The notes: generated by a model from the sequence alone, not told the origin. 64,000 bases of DNA from Escherichia coli (GCA_032372955.1 GCA_032372955.1_4725.1), one strand, 5' to 3'. Counted from the stretch's first letter, positions 29,179-41,924 are shown. Made by a program: numbers and translations.

Positions 29179-29656
29179 CACAGTTAAACTTAATGAAAAC
29201 AATTTTTCAAAACTGGACGATTTTATCGAAGAATATATCGAGAAAAAGCAATGGGCTATTATCAGTGTCGCTCCTGATGAGGGAAGCGACGAGCCTGGCT
29301 TTATGTATACTGTTGGTCTAACCGAACACGGAATGCCGGAAATCTTCGTATCCGGTTACTGCCCTGCCCTTGGTTCAGCAATCAACAAACTGGGTAACTT
29401 CATGGTGAAGGCAAAGACCATCCCGTTAGGCGCGTTCGATGGTAATCTGATTTTGAAGGGTACGGGTGAAACCTTGCGTCTCGACGTACGCGAAATTGAG
29501 GATATTGAATCCTTCAACGAAGTGTATGCGATAGCGGCTTTCGCTCGATACGGTAAAAAAGTTGCAGGTATTCAGCTTGTTTGGCCTGACACCAGCAATA
29601 CGTTACCACATGAAGGTGGTTACGAATCATGCTGCTGTCCGCAGATCCTGCTTTAA
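29171..29656 (+). CDS. hypothetical protein
   Basis: 161 codons. Confidence 0.5.
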   Translation: MSNTVKLNENNFSKLDDFIEEYIEKKQWAIISVAPDEGSDEPGFMYTVGLTEHGMPEIFVSGYCPALGSAINKLGNFMVKAKTIPLGAFDGNLILKGTGETLRLDVREIEDIESFNEVYAIAAFARYGKKVAGIQLVWPDTSNTLPHEGGYESCCCPQILL

Positions 29657-29694
29657 TCTTAATACCAATAATTAAATTGTTTATAGGAGTTTTT

Positions 29695-29883
29695 GTGAAA
29701 TCGACCATCAACCGCACCGATTTTCATCCCGATCGTATTGCGGAGACCTTTGCTCGTATGGATAATAACACGTTCGCCATGTTGTTCAACAGCGGATTTG
29801 ATTCTACCCACGAGACCAGTCGTTCTACCGGTGTGATTATCGATGCGGAATGTGTCCATGTTAAGGAAACAAACGCGGAATAA
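29695..29883 (+). CDS. hypothetical small protein
   Basis: GTG after TAGGAG RBS; weak. Confidence 0.3.
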   Translation: MKSTINRTDFHPDRIAETFARMDNNTFAMLFNSGFDSTHETSRSTGVIIDAECVHVKETNAE

Positions 29884-29889
29884 GACGCA

Positions 29890-30264
29890 ATGTACGTTAT
29901 TATCGATGATGTTGAAGGACGACAGCTAACGCCAGTTCAATCGTTACGATTGCGTAATGCCGCATTGATGTACGCTGTGTTATGGTGGGACTGTAAAACA
30001 CGCTTACCTAGCGATGCAAAATCGATGCGGCGCTATTCAGAAGCATTAGTGTCGTGTGAACATGATGAGATTTTTCAACGACTCTTTGACCGGCTATCAG
30101 GTTATCAAGCAATCATTCGGAAGGGTTTGTTTGTCTCTATTGAATGGTTCGGTACTGAGTTACGGTTAATCGTTGACCGCAAGGGTATGACATTACGCCC
30201 TAACGCATTCGAGTCGACACGAGCGATTGCTTGGTGGGACGAGGAAGGTAATCGTCTCTGGTGA
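29890..30264 (+). CDS. hypothetical protein
   Basis: 124 codons; followed by stem-loop 30271..30289. Confidence 0.5.
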   Translation: MYVIIDDVEGRQLTPVQSLRLRNAALMYAVLWWDCKTRLPSDAKSMRRYSEALVSCEHDEIFQRLFDRLSGYQAIIRKGLFVSIEWFGTELRLIVDRKGMTLRPNAFESTRAIAWWDEEGNRLW

Positions 30265-30270
30265 TAAGCA

Positions 30271-30289
30271 CCCCGTCTTAATGACGGGG
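30271..30289 (+). terminator. GC-rich stem-loop
   Basis: CCCCGTC(30271-30277) TTAAT GACGGGG(30283-30289). Confidence 0.4.
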
Positions 30290-30341
30290 GATACGCTTAA
30301 GTAAAGGTATGAGATCAGACAACAACCGAACGAGGTGAAAC

Positions 30342-30458
30342 ATGGTGAATAATGACGAGCTTACGGAAATAAAATCTTGGGTTGCTAAAGCGCTGCTTGC
30401 GTATAGCGCCGTCGGCGTACTGTTTGCCGTAATTGGCATGGTAGGTATGCTACGATGA
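30342..30458 (+). CDS. possible small single-pass membrane peptide (38 aa)
   Basis: Not in track; GAGGTG RBS; hydrophobic core AKALLAYSAVGVLFAVIGMVGML; stop overlaps next start. Confidence 0.3.
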   Translation: MVNNDELTEIKSWVAKALLAYSAVGVLFAVIGMVGMLR

Positions 30459-30721
30459 GCATCGAGGATGACTTTTTACGGAACGCACTTGACTTTTATT
30501 CTAAACCATTAACACCCGGTGGGTTGGAATTGGGTGTGGTCGATCCTGATAAATTGCATCCAATTGCTAAATGGTTGAATCAACATCGAGAAGGGCTGTA
30601 TTCCGTTGACCAACCGGAACTGGTGGCACGTTGGCATATTAAGAAAAGCGGTCTCAATATGTCGTTACAAGCGCGTGCGAACAAAGACCATATTGCCCTA
30701 TCGATCATGGGTACTTTTTAA
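30455..30721 (+). CDS. hypothetical protein
   Basis: 88 codons. Confidence 0.45.
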   Translation: MSIEDDFLRNALDFYSKPLTPGGLELGVVDPDKLHPIAKWLNQHREGLYSVDQPELVARWHIKKSGLNMSLQARANKDHIALSIMGTF

Positions 30722-30735
30722 CGAGGATAATTTAC

Positions 30736-31713
30736 ATGGCTTCTGTTGGCCCAATCGATAAGACACGCGATGCGGTAAAGGCGTTGCTCGAAAGAATTTA
30801 TTTTGAGCTTGCGAATGCCGAACATCCAAGCGTGAGTCTTTTCGATGATAAACTCACAGCGATTAATAACGTTCATCCAATGCTGTATCAGGATCTCCTT
30901 ACGTCGTGGAAACCGATGGGTGTTTTCGCGAACGCTTTTTCAGATACCGTCGTAGCCAGCGGCTTTGAAAAACCGAAGCTACCTTTTGTCTATGAGCCGT
31001 CGGTCGATCCAAGACGGGAGCGTCTGGGTGTTTTAACGCACGCTCTGATTGACAGTATTGGTTATTATCTTTCCTCTGAATGGACAGCTAAATATACCGA
31101 GCTGTTAGACGAATACGAGCTGTGGCGTAATCAGATCTTAACGGATGCGGAGAAGAAAGCATACGCGATCGCGTTGGCGGAGAAAACCCGCGGGGACGTT
31201 GGTCGCTTAATCCACGATTTTTACGCGGTTTTGAAACCAACCTACTACGAAACAAAACGTCAACTGACCTGGGAAGAAGCACAGGCGTTGATGCAGAGCG
31301 CAGAAACAGCGGATGATATTTCGGGTATAATCCACGATTACTGTATGTCAAGAATCCTGCTGGATAAAGGCAATCAGAAATACGTTCGTGAGGTTCCGCT
31401 TCCCAATAACGCGATGGGGATCGCAAACGAGATTTTCGAGTTCCTGAACGAATGGAATCCGCCGTTACTTGCGATTACGTATATCTGCGATGATATTCTT
31501 ACCGAGGATCTGTTCCTTCCATTGTTAGGTGAAGCGTCGCTGCGACGTTATTCCCAGACGTTCAAGAACAGCGCAACGATGGCATCGACCGTACCGGTTA
31601 GTTTACCACGTCGTCGTAAAATGCTTACGGTATCCGCTGGCAAGATTAACCTCTTAGTGTTGTATTATGCTGTAAGAAACGGCCTGCCAACATTAATTTT
31701 CAGGAAAAAGTAA
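30736..31713 (+). CDS. hypothetical protein
   Basis: 325 codons, GAGGATAA RBS. Confidence 0.55.
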   Translation: MASVGPIDKTRDAVKALLERIYFELANAEHPSVSLFDDKLTAINNVHPMLYQDLLTSWKPMGVFANAFSDTVVASGFEKPKLPFVYEPSVDPRRERLGVLTHALIDSIGYYLSSEWTAKYTELLDEYELWRNQILTDAEKKAYAIALAEKTRGDVGRLIHDFYAVLKPTYYETKRQLTWEEAQALMQSAETADDISGIIHDYCMSRILLDKGNQKYVREVPLPNNAMGIANEIFEFLNEWNPPLLAITYICDDILTEDLFLPLLGEASLRRYSQTFKNSATMASTVPVSLPRRRKMLTVSAGKINLLVLYYAVRNGLPTLIFRKK

Positions 31714-32130
31714 ATGGCTGAAGCGACTGTACAAAACCCCCTTTCATTGATTCAGCAAATAAACATACAGATTTCTCCAAAATGCTGTTCTCTTGAACTT
31801 GCATTATCCCACGTCGAAAGCTGGGTAACCTTTCGCCGCACGGTGCATCCGCGTTTCCCGGTAAATATCAGTCCTGTCATCGTGGTGGCATTAGAAAACG
31901 AAGACCTTACTCAAGACATGTGGCAACGCATCCGTGGACGCATACCGCAATACGTAAATGTGATGGGTGTTCTGTTAGTAAGTGACACCGAAGCATTCGA
32001 AAGCCATCCGTTGTGTTACGCCGATGTGGTGGTTACGGATAACCCGATGATGCTTGAACGTATGCGTGCTGTGCTGACTAATCCGGTTCGAACGGAAATA
32101 CTCATCGACATTAAACAGGATGCTTCTTAA
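31714..32130 (+). CDS. hypothetical protein
   Basis: 138 codons. Confidence 0.5.
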   Translation: MAEATVQNPLSLIQQINIQISPKCCSLELALSHVESWVTFRRTVHPRFPVNISPVIVVALENEDLTQDMWQRIRGRIPQYVNVMGVLLVSDTEAFESHPLCYADVVVTDNPMMLERMRAVLTNPVRTEILIDIKQDAS

Positions 32131-32440
32131 CAGTTTGGGTGATAACATGCGTTATTGGAAACTTTCAGCTTATCAAATTGCGTTATTGGGTATCGACACC
32201 AAAGAGAAAGAATTGTTGCACGGTGAACTCGACACCGCTTACCTTTCAGAAAACAACATGGTTGTATGTAAATTTGTTGGGTTAACGACGCGACGTAATA
32301 CGGTACATGAAACCTATGCGTTGAAGGGTAAAGGCATGCAGGAAGTTGCTGCCGTGATTCGTACCGGTATCGTGGTACCGCCAGGTGTAAGTGATAATCT
32401 TGATGAGGTGTTACATGGAACTCGTAAAGCAACCCGTTAA
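32120..32440 (+). CDS. hypothetical protein
   Basis: 106 codons; start uncertain (32120 or 32147). Confidence 0.4.
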   Translation: MLLNSLGDNMRYWKLSAYQIALLGIDTKEKELLHGELDTAYLSENNMVVCKFVGLTTRRNTVHETYALKGKGMQEVAAVIRTGIVVPPGVSDNLDEVLHGTRKATR

Positions 32441-33023
32441 TGCGTGGACGATCATGCCGGATGAAGCTGTTCGCTATGGCTTCCTGAAGAAGCACGCGCC
32501 GAAGCTCATCGATGGTACCATCGGACCGGAACAGGATTTGTTGTATGCCGTGCTGTTTGATGACTATCGTGCGATGGCGGTTTATGGTGAGTCAGGAAAA
32601 GCACACGTCGTAAGCATCGAACGTTACGTGTTTAATGAGCCGGGTGTTAAGGAACAGCTTGATGCCATCATGATGAACACGAAACCCGTACCTGAACATA
32701 TCAAGCTTCAGTTCCTCGAGATGCTGAATCCAGATGAACGGACGGTGCGGCTTATTCGTAACGATCCTGCCACCCAGGAACTCACGGAAGTATTACTGGA
32801 CCTGAAACTGCATGTCGCCCTCGAACGTGCTGAAGGGGGTAAGGTTAATACCTGTATCCGTCAATTCTGTAAATCCCGTGAAGCGAAGGTTAAACACCAT
32901 CAAACACGGAATATCCTGAAAGCGATTCGTTCCGTCGCGTTACCTGAAATTAAAATGAAGGAAGTGCTGTCGTTATACGAAGCTTATATGAACGACGAAG
33001 TCGAATGCGTCGTGAAGTCGTGA
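32415..33023 (+). CDS. hypothetical protein
   Basis: ATG 32415 after GAGGTG RBS; overlaps preceding gene in another frame. Confidence 0.45.
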   Translation: MELVKQPVNAWTIMPDEAVRYGFLKKHAPKLIDGTIGPEQDLLYAVLFDDYRAMAVYGESGKAHVVSIERYVFNEPGVKEQLDAIMMNTKPVPEHIKLQFLEMLNPDERTVRLIRNDPATQELTEVLLDLKLHVALERAEGGKVNTCIRQFCKSREAKVKHHQTRNILKAIRSVALPEIKMKEVLSLYEAYMNDEVECVVKS

Positions 33024-33044
33024 CGAAATAAAAGCATATTGCCT

Positions 33045-33083
33045 GTGTCCCTCCCATCATGGGCGGGCACGGGCGTTATGCTG
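33045..33083 (+). terminator. imperfect GC-rich stem-loop plus GTTATGCTG
   Basis: GTCCCTCCC/GGGCGGGCAC imperfect pairing; TTATGCTG at 33076-33083. Confidence 0.4.
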
Positions 33084-33130
33084 ATGTACATTTTGACAAT
33101 TTTTTGGTTTCGTATGGAGGAAACGACAAC

Positions 33131-36181
<3,051 letters not shown>

Positions 36182-36185
36182 GAAA

Positions 36186-36506
36186 ATGGGTAAATGTTGG
36201 ACGGATAAAGAAGATGAAGCGTTGCTGCTTATTCTTAGCACGTCACCAAAAGCGAGTTATAAAGAAGTAGCACGTTGCATGAATCGAACACCATGTTCTA
36301 TTCGCGCACGTTACATCAGGTTGAGGAAACGACGTGGTGATCTACCGCCTCGCGGGGGAGCTTACACACCCGAAGAAAGGGTTAGGATTACCATGCTTGC
36401 AAAGAAACATACCCTAAAAGAAATTGCTGAAATAATGAATCGTAGCGTACACGCCATCCGGTGTTATTGTTTTCGAAACAAGATATCGCTTAAAGTAAGA
36501 CGTTGA
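36186..36506 (+). CDS. tandem-HTH (Myb/SANT-like or sigma-r4-like) protein, paralog 1 of 6
   Basis: WTDKEDEALLLIL..YKEVARCMNRTPCSIRARY and YTPEERVRI..LKEIAEIMNRSVHAIRCY. Confidence 0.55.
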   Translation: MGKCWTDKEDEALLLILSTSPKASYKEVARCMNRTPCSIRARYIRLRKRRGDLPPRGGAYTPEERVRITMLAKKHTLKEIAEIMNRSVHAIRCYCFRNKISLKVRR

Positions 36507-36518
36507 TGGGGTGGCACT

Positions 36519-36986
36519 ATGGTCAAGGACTGGACACCCGAAGAAGACGCGATATTGATTACCCTGTACCGAAACGGTATCCCGATGCAAGAGATTGCGG
36601 CACGGCTTGACCGAACAGAAGGTTCGGTTCAAGGTCGAATTAACCGTAATCGCAAGCGCTGGAAACTCATGTCGCGTCACCGCTATTGTTGTTTCGAAGA
36701 ACGCGTGATGTTAGCCGATTATCTTAAGACGCATAGCGTAAAAGAAGCTGCAGCGATGTTCAACCGTAGCGTGGACGCAATCGCTAAACTCTGCTACCGT
36801 TACGGTATTGTTGCATGCAAAGCGCAACGTCGAGAGATGATTTATTATCGAATACATACGCTTAGAAAAGAGAATAACACCTGGGAGAGAATACGGAATA
36901 TCATCAATAACGAATTTAACACCCATTACACGTTAAGCGGTGTTCATAGCCTCTACTACACTCAAGCATTAAAACGCGTAGAATAG
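36519..36986 (+). CDS. tandem-HTH protein, paralog 2 of 6
   Basis: WTPEEDAILITLY..MQEIAARLDRTEGSVQGR plus second HTH-like repeat. Confidence 0.55.
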   Translation: MVKDWTPEEDAILITLYRNGIPMQEIAARLDRTEGSVQGRINRNRKRWKLMSRHRYCCFEERVMLADYLKTHSVKEAAAMFNRSVDAIAKLCYRYGIVACKAQRREMIYYRIHTLRKENNTWERIRNIINNEFNTHYTLSGVHSLYYTQALKRVE

Positions 36987-36999
36987 GAGAAATCTCGTT

Positions 37000-37503
37000 G
37001 TGAAACCTCCAGTACGACGATGGAATCGTAAGGATGATGAACAGTTGCTGGAATTGTACTATCGTCACCCGAAATTAAAAATCCGTGAAATCGCAGAAAT
37101 CATGGAAACAACGTACGGTGCAATTAAATCGAGGTTGATATACTTAAATGTTGAACGTCGTAAACCGCATAAACGTTTCAGTGTCGATGAGTTGGAATAC
37201 ATCAGAGTGCACTGCAAACACAAAAGTTACAAACAACTCGCACGCGATTTAAACAGGGATCCAAACAGTATTAGAACGATTGCACACCGTCATGGTTTCA
37301 AGCGGTTAAGCGAGGCTGATACTAAGATCTTCATAGCCTTCGTTGATACATTGTTAGAAGAAACACAGGATTGGCACCACATTGCTGAACGGGTTAATGC
37401 GCATTTCGGTATAACACGTACGAAGCAGGCTGTCTATCAGCGTTGGTGGCATCATAGAAAGAAAAGAGGGATACAAGATGGGACGATCTCGACCGTGGCG
37501 TGA
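37000..37503 (+). CDS. tandem-HTH protein, paralog 3 of 6
   Basis: GTG start after AGGAGA RBS; WNRKDDEQLLELY..IREIAEIMETTYGAIKSR; FSVDELEYI..YKQLARDLNRDPNSIRT. Confidence 0.55.
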   Translation: MKPPVRRWNRKDDEQLLELYYRHPKLKIREIAEIMETTYGAIKSRLIYLNVERRKPHKRFSVDELEYIRVHCKHKSYKQLARDLNRDPNSIRTIAHRHGFKRLSEADTKIFIAFVDTLLEETQDWHHIAERVNAHFGITRTKQAVYQRWWHHRKKRGIQDGTISTVA

Positions 37504-37981
37504 CGACGAGCTGAAAGATGTTACGCATCTGTATTTGAACACATCGATGACGATTGATGAAATCGCGCAACGGACAGGGCGAACACGCGCCAGCGTCGAC
37601 GCGCGTCTGGGGCGTTTGGGAATACGTCAACGTCAAAAGCATCGGCCGTATACGGAAGAAGAACGCACATACATCAAGTCGGTAATCAAACAAAAATCGC
37701 TGAGGGAGATTGCGTACGATTTAAACCGTTCGTATGACTCGGTTCGTCAGTTTATACGGCTTAATAGAATTCGTCGTGCGCTAACCAAGCAAGAACGGGA
37801 AGCGATTATCGCGTTTATCGCGGAACGACTTAACGTTACCCAAAATTGGAATGTTATCACATACGACGTTGTTGTTAAATTTGGGATTACAACGAATAAA
37901 CATGCGTTGTATCAACGTTGGTGTTACTACACGAAAAACAAAGGAGCTGCCTATGCGCAAATACCGTCGCTGGACAGATGA
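37478..37981 (+). CDS. tandem-HTH protein, paralog 4 of 6
   Basis: WRDDELKDVTHLY..IDEIAQRTGRTRASVDAR; YTEEERTYI..LREIAYDLNRSYDSVRQ. Confidence 0.55.
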   Translation: MGRSRPWRDDELKDVTHLYLNTSMTIDEIAQRTGRTRASVDARLGRLGIRQRQKHRPYTEEERTYIKSVIKQKSLREIAYDLNRSYDSVRQFIRLNRIRRALTKQEREAIIAFIAERLNVTQNWNVITYDVVVKFGITTNKHALYQRWCYYTKNKGAAYAQIPSLDR

Positions 37982-38483
37982 GGAACTCTCACGCCTCGAG
38001 AATTACGCGGACCAGATACCCAGACCACCGGTTAGTGAGCTGGCTGCTGTATTTCAACGCACAGAAAGCGCGATTAAGAATAAGTTGTATATGTTGTTCC
38101 CTTCGATGAGAACCAATGAGGCATATACAGACAACGAGATTTCCTATATTCGCGACAATATCCACAGATACTCGGTTAAACAACTGTCAAATCATCTTGG
38201 CCGATCGAGAGCGAGTGTCGCCTCCGTAATACGACGACTTAAGCTACGTCGATACGACCCAGATGAATGGTGCAAAATTTCAGACCGTATTACAGCACTT
38301 CGACGTGAAGGAGTTAACTGGAGGGAAGTTGCTCGCATTATCAGCGTCGAGTTCAAACGGGAGTATCGTCACACACATCTTTGTCAGCGTTACTATTATA
38401 ACACACGTGGTAAGAAATGGCAGCAGGTAAAGAATACACAACAACCGAAATCGCATTCATACGCCGAAACGCGGGCGTCATGA
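37953..38483 (+). CDS. tandem-HTH protein, paralog 5 of 6
   Basis: ATG 37953 after AAAGGAG RBS (track 37851 start is upstream in-frame); WTDEELSRLENY..VSELAAVFQRTESAIKNK; YTDNEISYI..VKQLSNHLGRSRASV. Confidence 0.55.
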   Translation: MRKYRRWTDEELSRLENYADQIPRPPVSELAAVFQRTESAIKNKLYMLFPSMRTNEAYTDNEISYIRDNIHRYSVKQLSNHLGRSRASVASVIRRLKLRRYDPDEWCKISDRITALRREGVNWREVARIISVEFKREYRHTHLCQRYYYNTRGKKWQQVKNTQQPKSHSYAETRAS

Positions 38484-38923
38484 CATCGAAAGAAATAGGT
38501 GAAGCGTTAGGACGGAGTCAGAGAGCAATTAGCGCGATTGCTTCAATGCTTAACATCAAACTGAGTCATCGTAATCGGAACGATATTTTATCGCGGGTTG
38601 TCCATTTACGTGATGGCGAGAACCGTCGATGGCGGGAGATCATTACCATCATTCAGGATGAGTTTGATGTCACGTATTCCGAATCGGGACTACAGCGTGG
38701 ATATCAACGCGTGAAGCTCACGACGATAAAGAACACCGATCCTACTCGTCTTCGTATGTTAAATGAAATCCATCGTTATCGGCAATACGATAAACTTCCA
38801 TGGAAAGAGGTGCAAAAACGTATCGAGGTGCGTTACAACAAACATTATCAAATCACAACACTTTGTCAAATGTACCGACGTCATCGTAATCGACTGTTAG
38901 GTAATGAGGGAATTTTAGCATGA
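38417..38923 (+). CDS. tandem-HTH protein, paralog 6 of 6
   Basis: YTTTEIAFI..SKEIGEALGRSQRAISAI; overlaps the previous gene by 67 nt in another frame; alternative start 38480. Confidence 0.5.
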   Translation: MAAGKEYTTTEIAFIRRNAGVMTSKEIGEALGRSQRAISAIASMLNIKLSHRNRNDILSRVVHLRDGENRRWREIITIIQDEFDVTYSESGLQRGYQRVKLTTIKNTDPTRLRMLNEIHRYRQYDKLPWKEVQKRIEVRYNKHYQITTLCQMYRRHRNRLLGNEGILA

Positions 38924-39453
38924 GCATCAAAACAGTAGTTATTAATGAACGGCCGTTCTATTGCGTTATCGCCTCAACGGCCGCCGATCCACACCTTTAC
39001 CCACATAAACGACAGATTCGTGAGCTGTACCGTATTCTCGACGACGTAGAATCAGAGGCATGGGCTACCACGTTTATGTTTGAGAATATCCCCGATTTAA
39101 AACGCGAGTACGATGCCTTAGAACTAGAAAAGCGTTTACCAGACACCGCAAAGTTGGTCGTTATGATCGACGCCATCGCTTCGATGCCGGTAGGCCTCTT
39201 GGAAGTGAATATAGAGAGCCATATGGGTATTCATGACGTTACATCGATTATTGTAAAACCCGAATATCGCGGACGTGGTATCGGCCACGCCTTGATGAAC
39301 GAAGCACGTAACATCGCTTACCAGTGCGGTGGGCATTCTATTGGCCTGGATGTTCGTGCCGATAACGCTGAAGCCCAGGCGTTCTATGAGTCTGAGGGTT
39401 TCACGGTAAGATCGTCCTGGTTAACATCGTCCGTAAAACAGAAAGGAGCTTAA
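38920..39453 (+). CDS. GNAT-family N-acetyltransferase
   Basis: IVKPEYRGRGIGHALMNEA..GLDVRADNAEAQAFYESEGF acetyl-CoA-binding pattern. Confidence 0.65.
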   Translation: MSIKTVVINERPFYCVIASTAADPHLYPHKRQIRELYRILDDVESEAWATTFMFENIPDLKREYDALELEKRLPDTAKLVVMIDAIASMPVGLLEVNIESHMGIHDVTSIIVKPEYRGRGIGHALMNEARNIAYQCGGHSIGLDVRADNAEAQAFYESEGFTVRSSWLTSSVKQKGA

Positions 39454-39454
39454 C

Positions 39455-39883
39455 ATGAGCTGGTTCGATCGTAAATTCTTCACGTTGGAAGAAGTCTTGA
39501 ACCTACCTTGCGACGCGAATAAGGAAAAGATCGCCGACATGCAACGAATCGCATTAACTCACGCGATTAATGATGTCTCACAGTTCTCTATCGGTGATCG
39601 TGTTGAGCTTCCGTTCGGAACCGGCGAAGAAGGAGATAACACAGCGGTTAAATTCGTTCCCGCTGTTGTCGTGGGTGTCCATTTCACGGCATCACAAGTC
39701 AGTTACGACCTTGCGATACCTATCGACGGTTGTGACTTGTTTATGGTCTTCAACAATTTCCGTGGTGATATGCGCACGATAGACGGAAGCAATGCGACCG
39801 ATTTCATCGAGAAACGTGTTGCCGAGGCGTTGGTGAAGAAAACGCTCGGTACGCCGAATCTTAAAGTTATTGAAAATGAATAA
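39455..39883 (+). CDS. hypothetical protein
   Basis: 142 codons. Confidence 0.5.
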   Translation: MSWFDRKFFTLEEVLNLPCDANKEKIADMQRIALTHAINDVSQFSIGDRVELPFGTGEEGDNTAVKFVPAVVVGVHFTASQVSYDLAIPIDGCDLFMVFNNFRGDMRTIDGSNATDFIEKRVAEALVKKTLGTPNLKVIENE

Positions 39884-39888
39884 TTGTA

Positions 39889-39916
39889 CCCTCCCGGCAT
39901 GGGAGGGCTTATGCCG
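39889..39916 (+). terminator. stem-loop plus CTTATGCCG
   Basis: CCCTCCC(39889-39895) GGCAT GGGAGGG(39901-39907). Confidence 0.55.
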
Positions 39917-39932
39917 ATAAAAAGGAAACAAA

Positions 39933-40583
39933 ATGAACGACGTTATTGCATTAGTCACGCAAGGCGAAACCAAAATGCCGTTGCCGTACCAGCAGCTTGC
40001 TGCTATCTTAGAACCAATGACGCACCATCAACAATGGATCGTGCGTGAAGAATATACCCAGCGCATCGGGTGGTCATTGTTAACCATGGATACCGCGCTC
40101 CAGTTAGCGAGCATCTGTTACGGGCGACGCGTCGCTGACCTGGGTTGTGGGACGGGTTACCTGACTTACGTGTTACGTAAACTCGGTGTTGAGGATATTA
40201 CCGCGTACGACATCGCAATACATCCCCATCCGTTTATTGATGATATCCAGCAAGCGGACTACACAAACATCGATCTTTCACAGTACGACGTTATTTTACT
40301 GTCGTGGCCACCTTACGACAAACCACAAGCGGCATTGGTTGCCGCACGTATTCAACCTCACCAGCTTTTGGTCTATCAGGGTGAAGGATACGGAGGCTGC
40401 ACTGGAGATGACACCTTCCATTCGATGCTTCGTTCGGATTTTGCCTCTGTGGAAGAATTCACCGTTAACTTAAATGCACGTCATTTGAACTTTTACGGTA
40501 TATACGACTCATGGACGGTTTATCGCAAGCAATCAGAATTTACAAAACAAAAGGATGATTTGGAAGATATGCGTCATGAATGA
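39933..40583 (+). CDS. SAM-dependent methyltransferase (motif I then PPY motif)
   Basis: VADLGCGTGYLTY (motif I) followed about 55 aa later by LLSWPPYD (NPPY/DPPY-like). Confidence 0.55.
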   Translation: MNDVIALVTQGETKMPLPYQQLAAILEPMTHHQQWIVREEYTQRIGWSLLTMDTALQLASICYGRRVADLGCGTGYLTYVLRKLGVEDITAYDIAIHPHPFIDDIQQADYTNIDLSQYDVILLSWPPYDKPQAALVAARIQPHQLLVYQGEGYGGCTGDDTFHSMLRSDFASVEEFTVNLNARHLNFYGIYDSWTVYRKQSEFTKQKDDLEDMRHE

Positions 40584-40593
40584 AGGAAAAGAA

Positions 40594-41280
40594 ATGGAGG
40601 ACCGTTTTATGTTAATCGTAACCAGCAGGCAGGAAGTATCCGATTGGCTTAACATTCATCTTAACGCTAACGCCTCCCCAGGGGGCGTTGTGATCAATCC
40701 CGTTTATAATGGGCTGCCGTTCAAAGCTCGATATGAACGAGGTGCGTTGGTATCTGCGAAAGTGAATGACGTCTCATTAAATCCGGAACATGCTTTACGC
40801 GTATTTCGTATTCCGTTAACGATCAATTATCGTGGTTTAGCAAAAGTGATGGTCGTTTCTGGTACGGTATGTAAATACGCTGAAGCGTCTATCGATGATT
40901 TTCATAATGGGGTAAGGCACTTTAGTGCGGTTGCTGTAGGTTATCCTGAAGCGGATCGGGTTGAGGTTATCGAACAGGGATCTACAGCTATTCCGTCCGA
41001 CGTGTTTAAACTGCGTTGTTTGTTCGAGACTTGGCGCTTAGCCAGCTTCAAACAGTCGCGAATCGTTCCACATCGAACAGTATCGGACGCGCTACGACAG
41101 CTTGATGTGATCGTCGCAACGTTAAATCGGACAAAAGGTATTTCTGCGTTGTTGTTTTCGTTGAACAGTCCAGAAGACCGTTCACGAACGCAGAATCCAG
41201 ACTGTGTGTTCTTAACCCCGGAAGGAGTTATCCATGGTTTACCGAAGAAGTCTCTGGAAGGTAAGATGGCAACGTCTTAA
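40594..41280 (+). CDS. hypothetical protein
   Basis: ATG 40594 after GAAGGA RBS (alternative 40576). Confidence 0.45.
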   Translation: MEDRFMLIVTSRQEVSDWLNIHLNANASPGGVVINPVYNGLPFKARYERGALVSAKVNDVSLNPEHALRVFRIPLTINYRGLAKVMVVSGTVCKYAEASIDDFHNGVRHFSAVAVGYPEADRVEVIEQGSTAIPSDVFKLRCLFETWRLASFKQSRIVPHRTVSDALRQLDVIVATLNRTKGISALLFSLNSPEDRSRTQNPDCVFLTPEGVIHGLPKKSLEGKMATS

Positions 41281-41324
41281 GTGGTTATGTAAAGAGAAAT
41301 GGAAAAAGATAAAGAGGGCTTTAA

Positions 41325-41924
41325 ATGACAGTGGTGAGTATTACTGAGCCGCGGTTTATCCGCGAAGTTATCGACCGTCGTCGATCGGTGATCGTTGCTT
41401 ACGGACGAATGGAAAGTACCGCACCTCAAGAACTTTGCGTGCTATTCCAGGGGTGTTTCGTACACCGACAGGAAGGCCATAAGGGTAAAATCGTTCCTGG
41501 TGATTTGATTAAAGCGATGCGTAAGATCGATGTTGAACAACGCAAGCTGAATCTGTCGCATCGTCTGCCTCCCCTCGATGAGGCCGAAGCCAAAGACTTC
41601 GCCGATCGGGTTATGAAATCAGCTATCGTTCAGTACTTCGGAAACATGCCAAGCAAACGTAATAAAGCCTTACATGTTGAATCCGATCAGCTGCTTCATT
41701 GGAATTCGAAAGCGTTCCGATTCGAAGAGGTGTTCTTACCCACTTTCGGTAAACGGTTGGCGTGGGACTTTTCAACAGAGTATGTTTACAGCGGAGACAT
41801 CCCGCCAGAAATACAACATAAGAAAGGGAAAGTACTAGAAGAGCAAACAGAAGCTGCAGTCATCGAACAGGTTTACCAGCGTCTGACATTCTGGTTGTTC
41901 GGACCAATACTGGAACCTAAGTAA
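41325..41924 (+). CDS. hypothetical protein
   Basis: 199 codons, AGAGGG RBS. Confidence 0.5.
   Translation: MTVVSITEPRFIREVIDRRRSVIVAYGRMESTAPQELCVLFQGCFVHRQEGHKGKIVPGDLIKAMRKIDVEQRKLNLSHRLPPLDEAEAKDFADRVMKSAIVQYFGNMPSKRNKALHVESDQLLHWNSKAFRFEEVFLPTFGKRLAWDFSTEYVYSGDIPPEIQHKKGKVLEEQTEAAVIEQVYQRLTFWLFGPILEPK

Noticed and set aside
39911-40063. 50-codon ORF starting at the ATG of the CTTATGCCG motif
   Set aside because: It is out of frame with, and largely overlaps, the methyltransferase gene; more likely a by-product of the conserved motif than a real gene.
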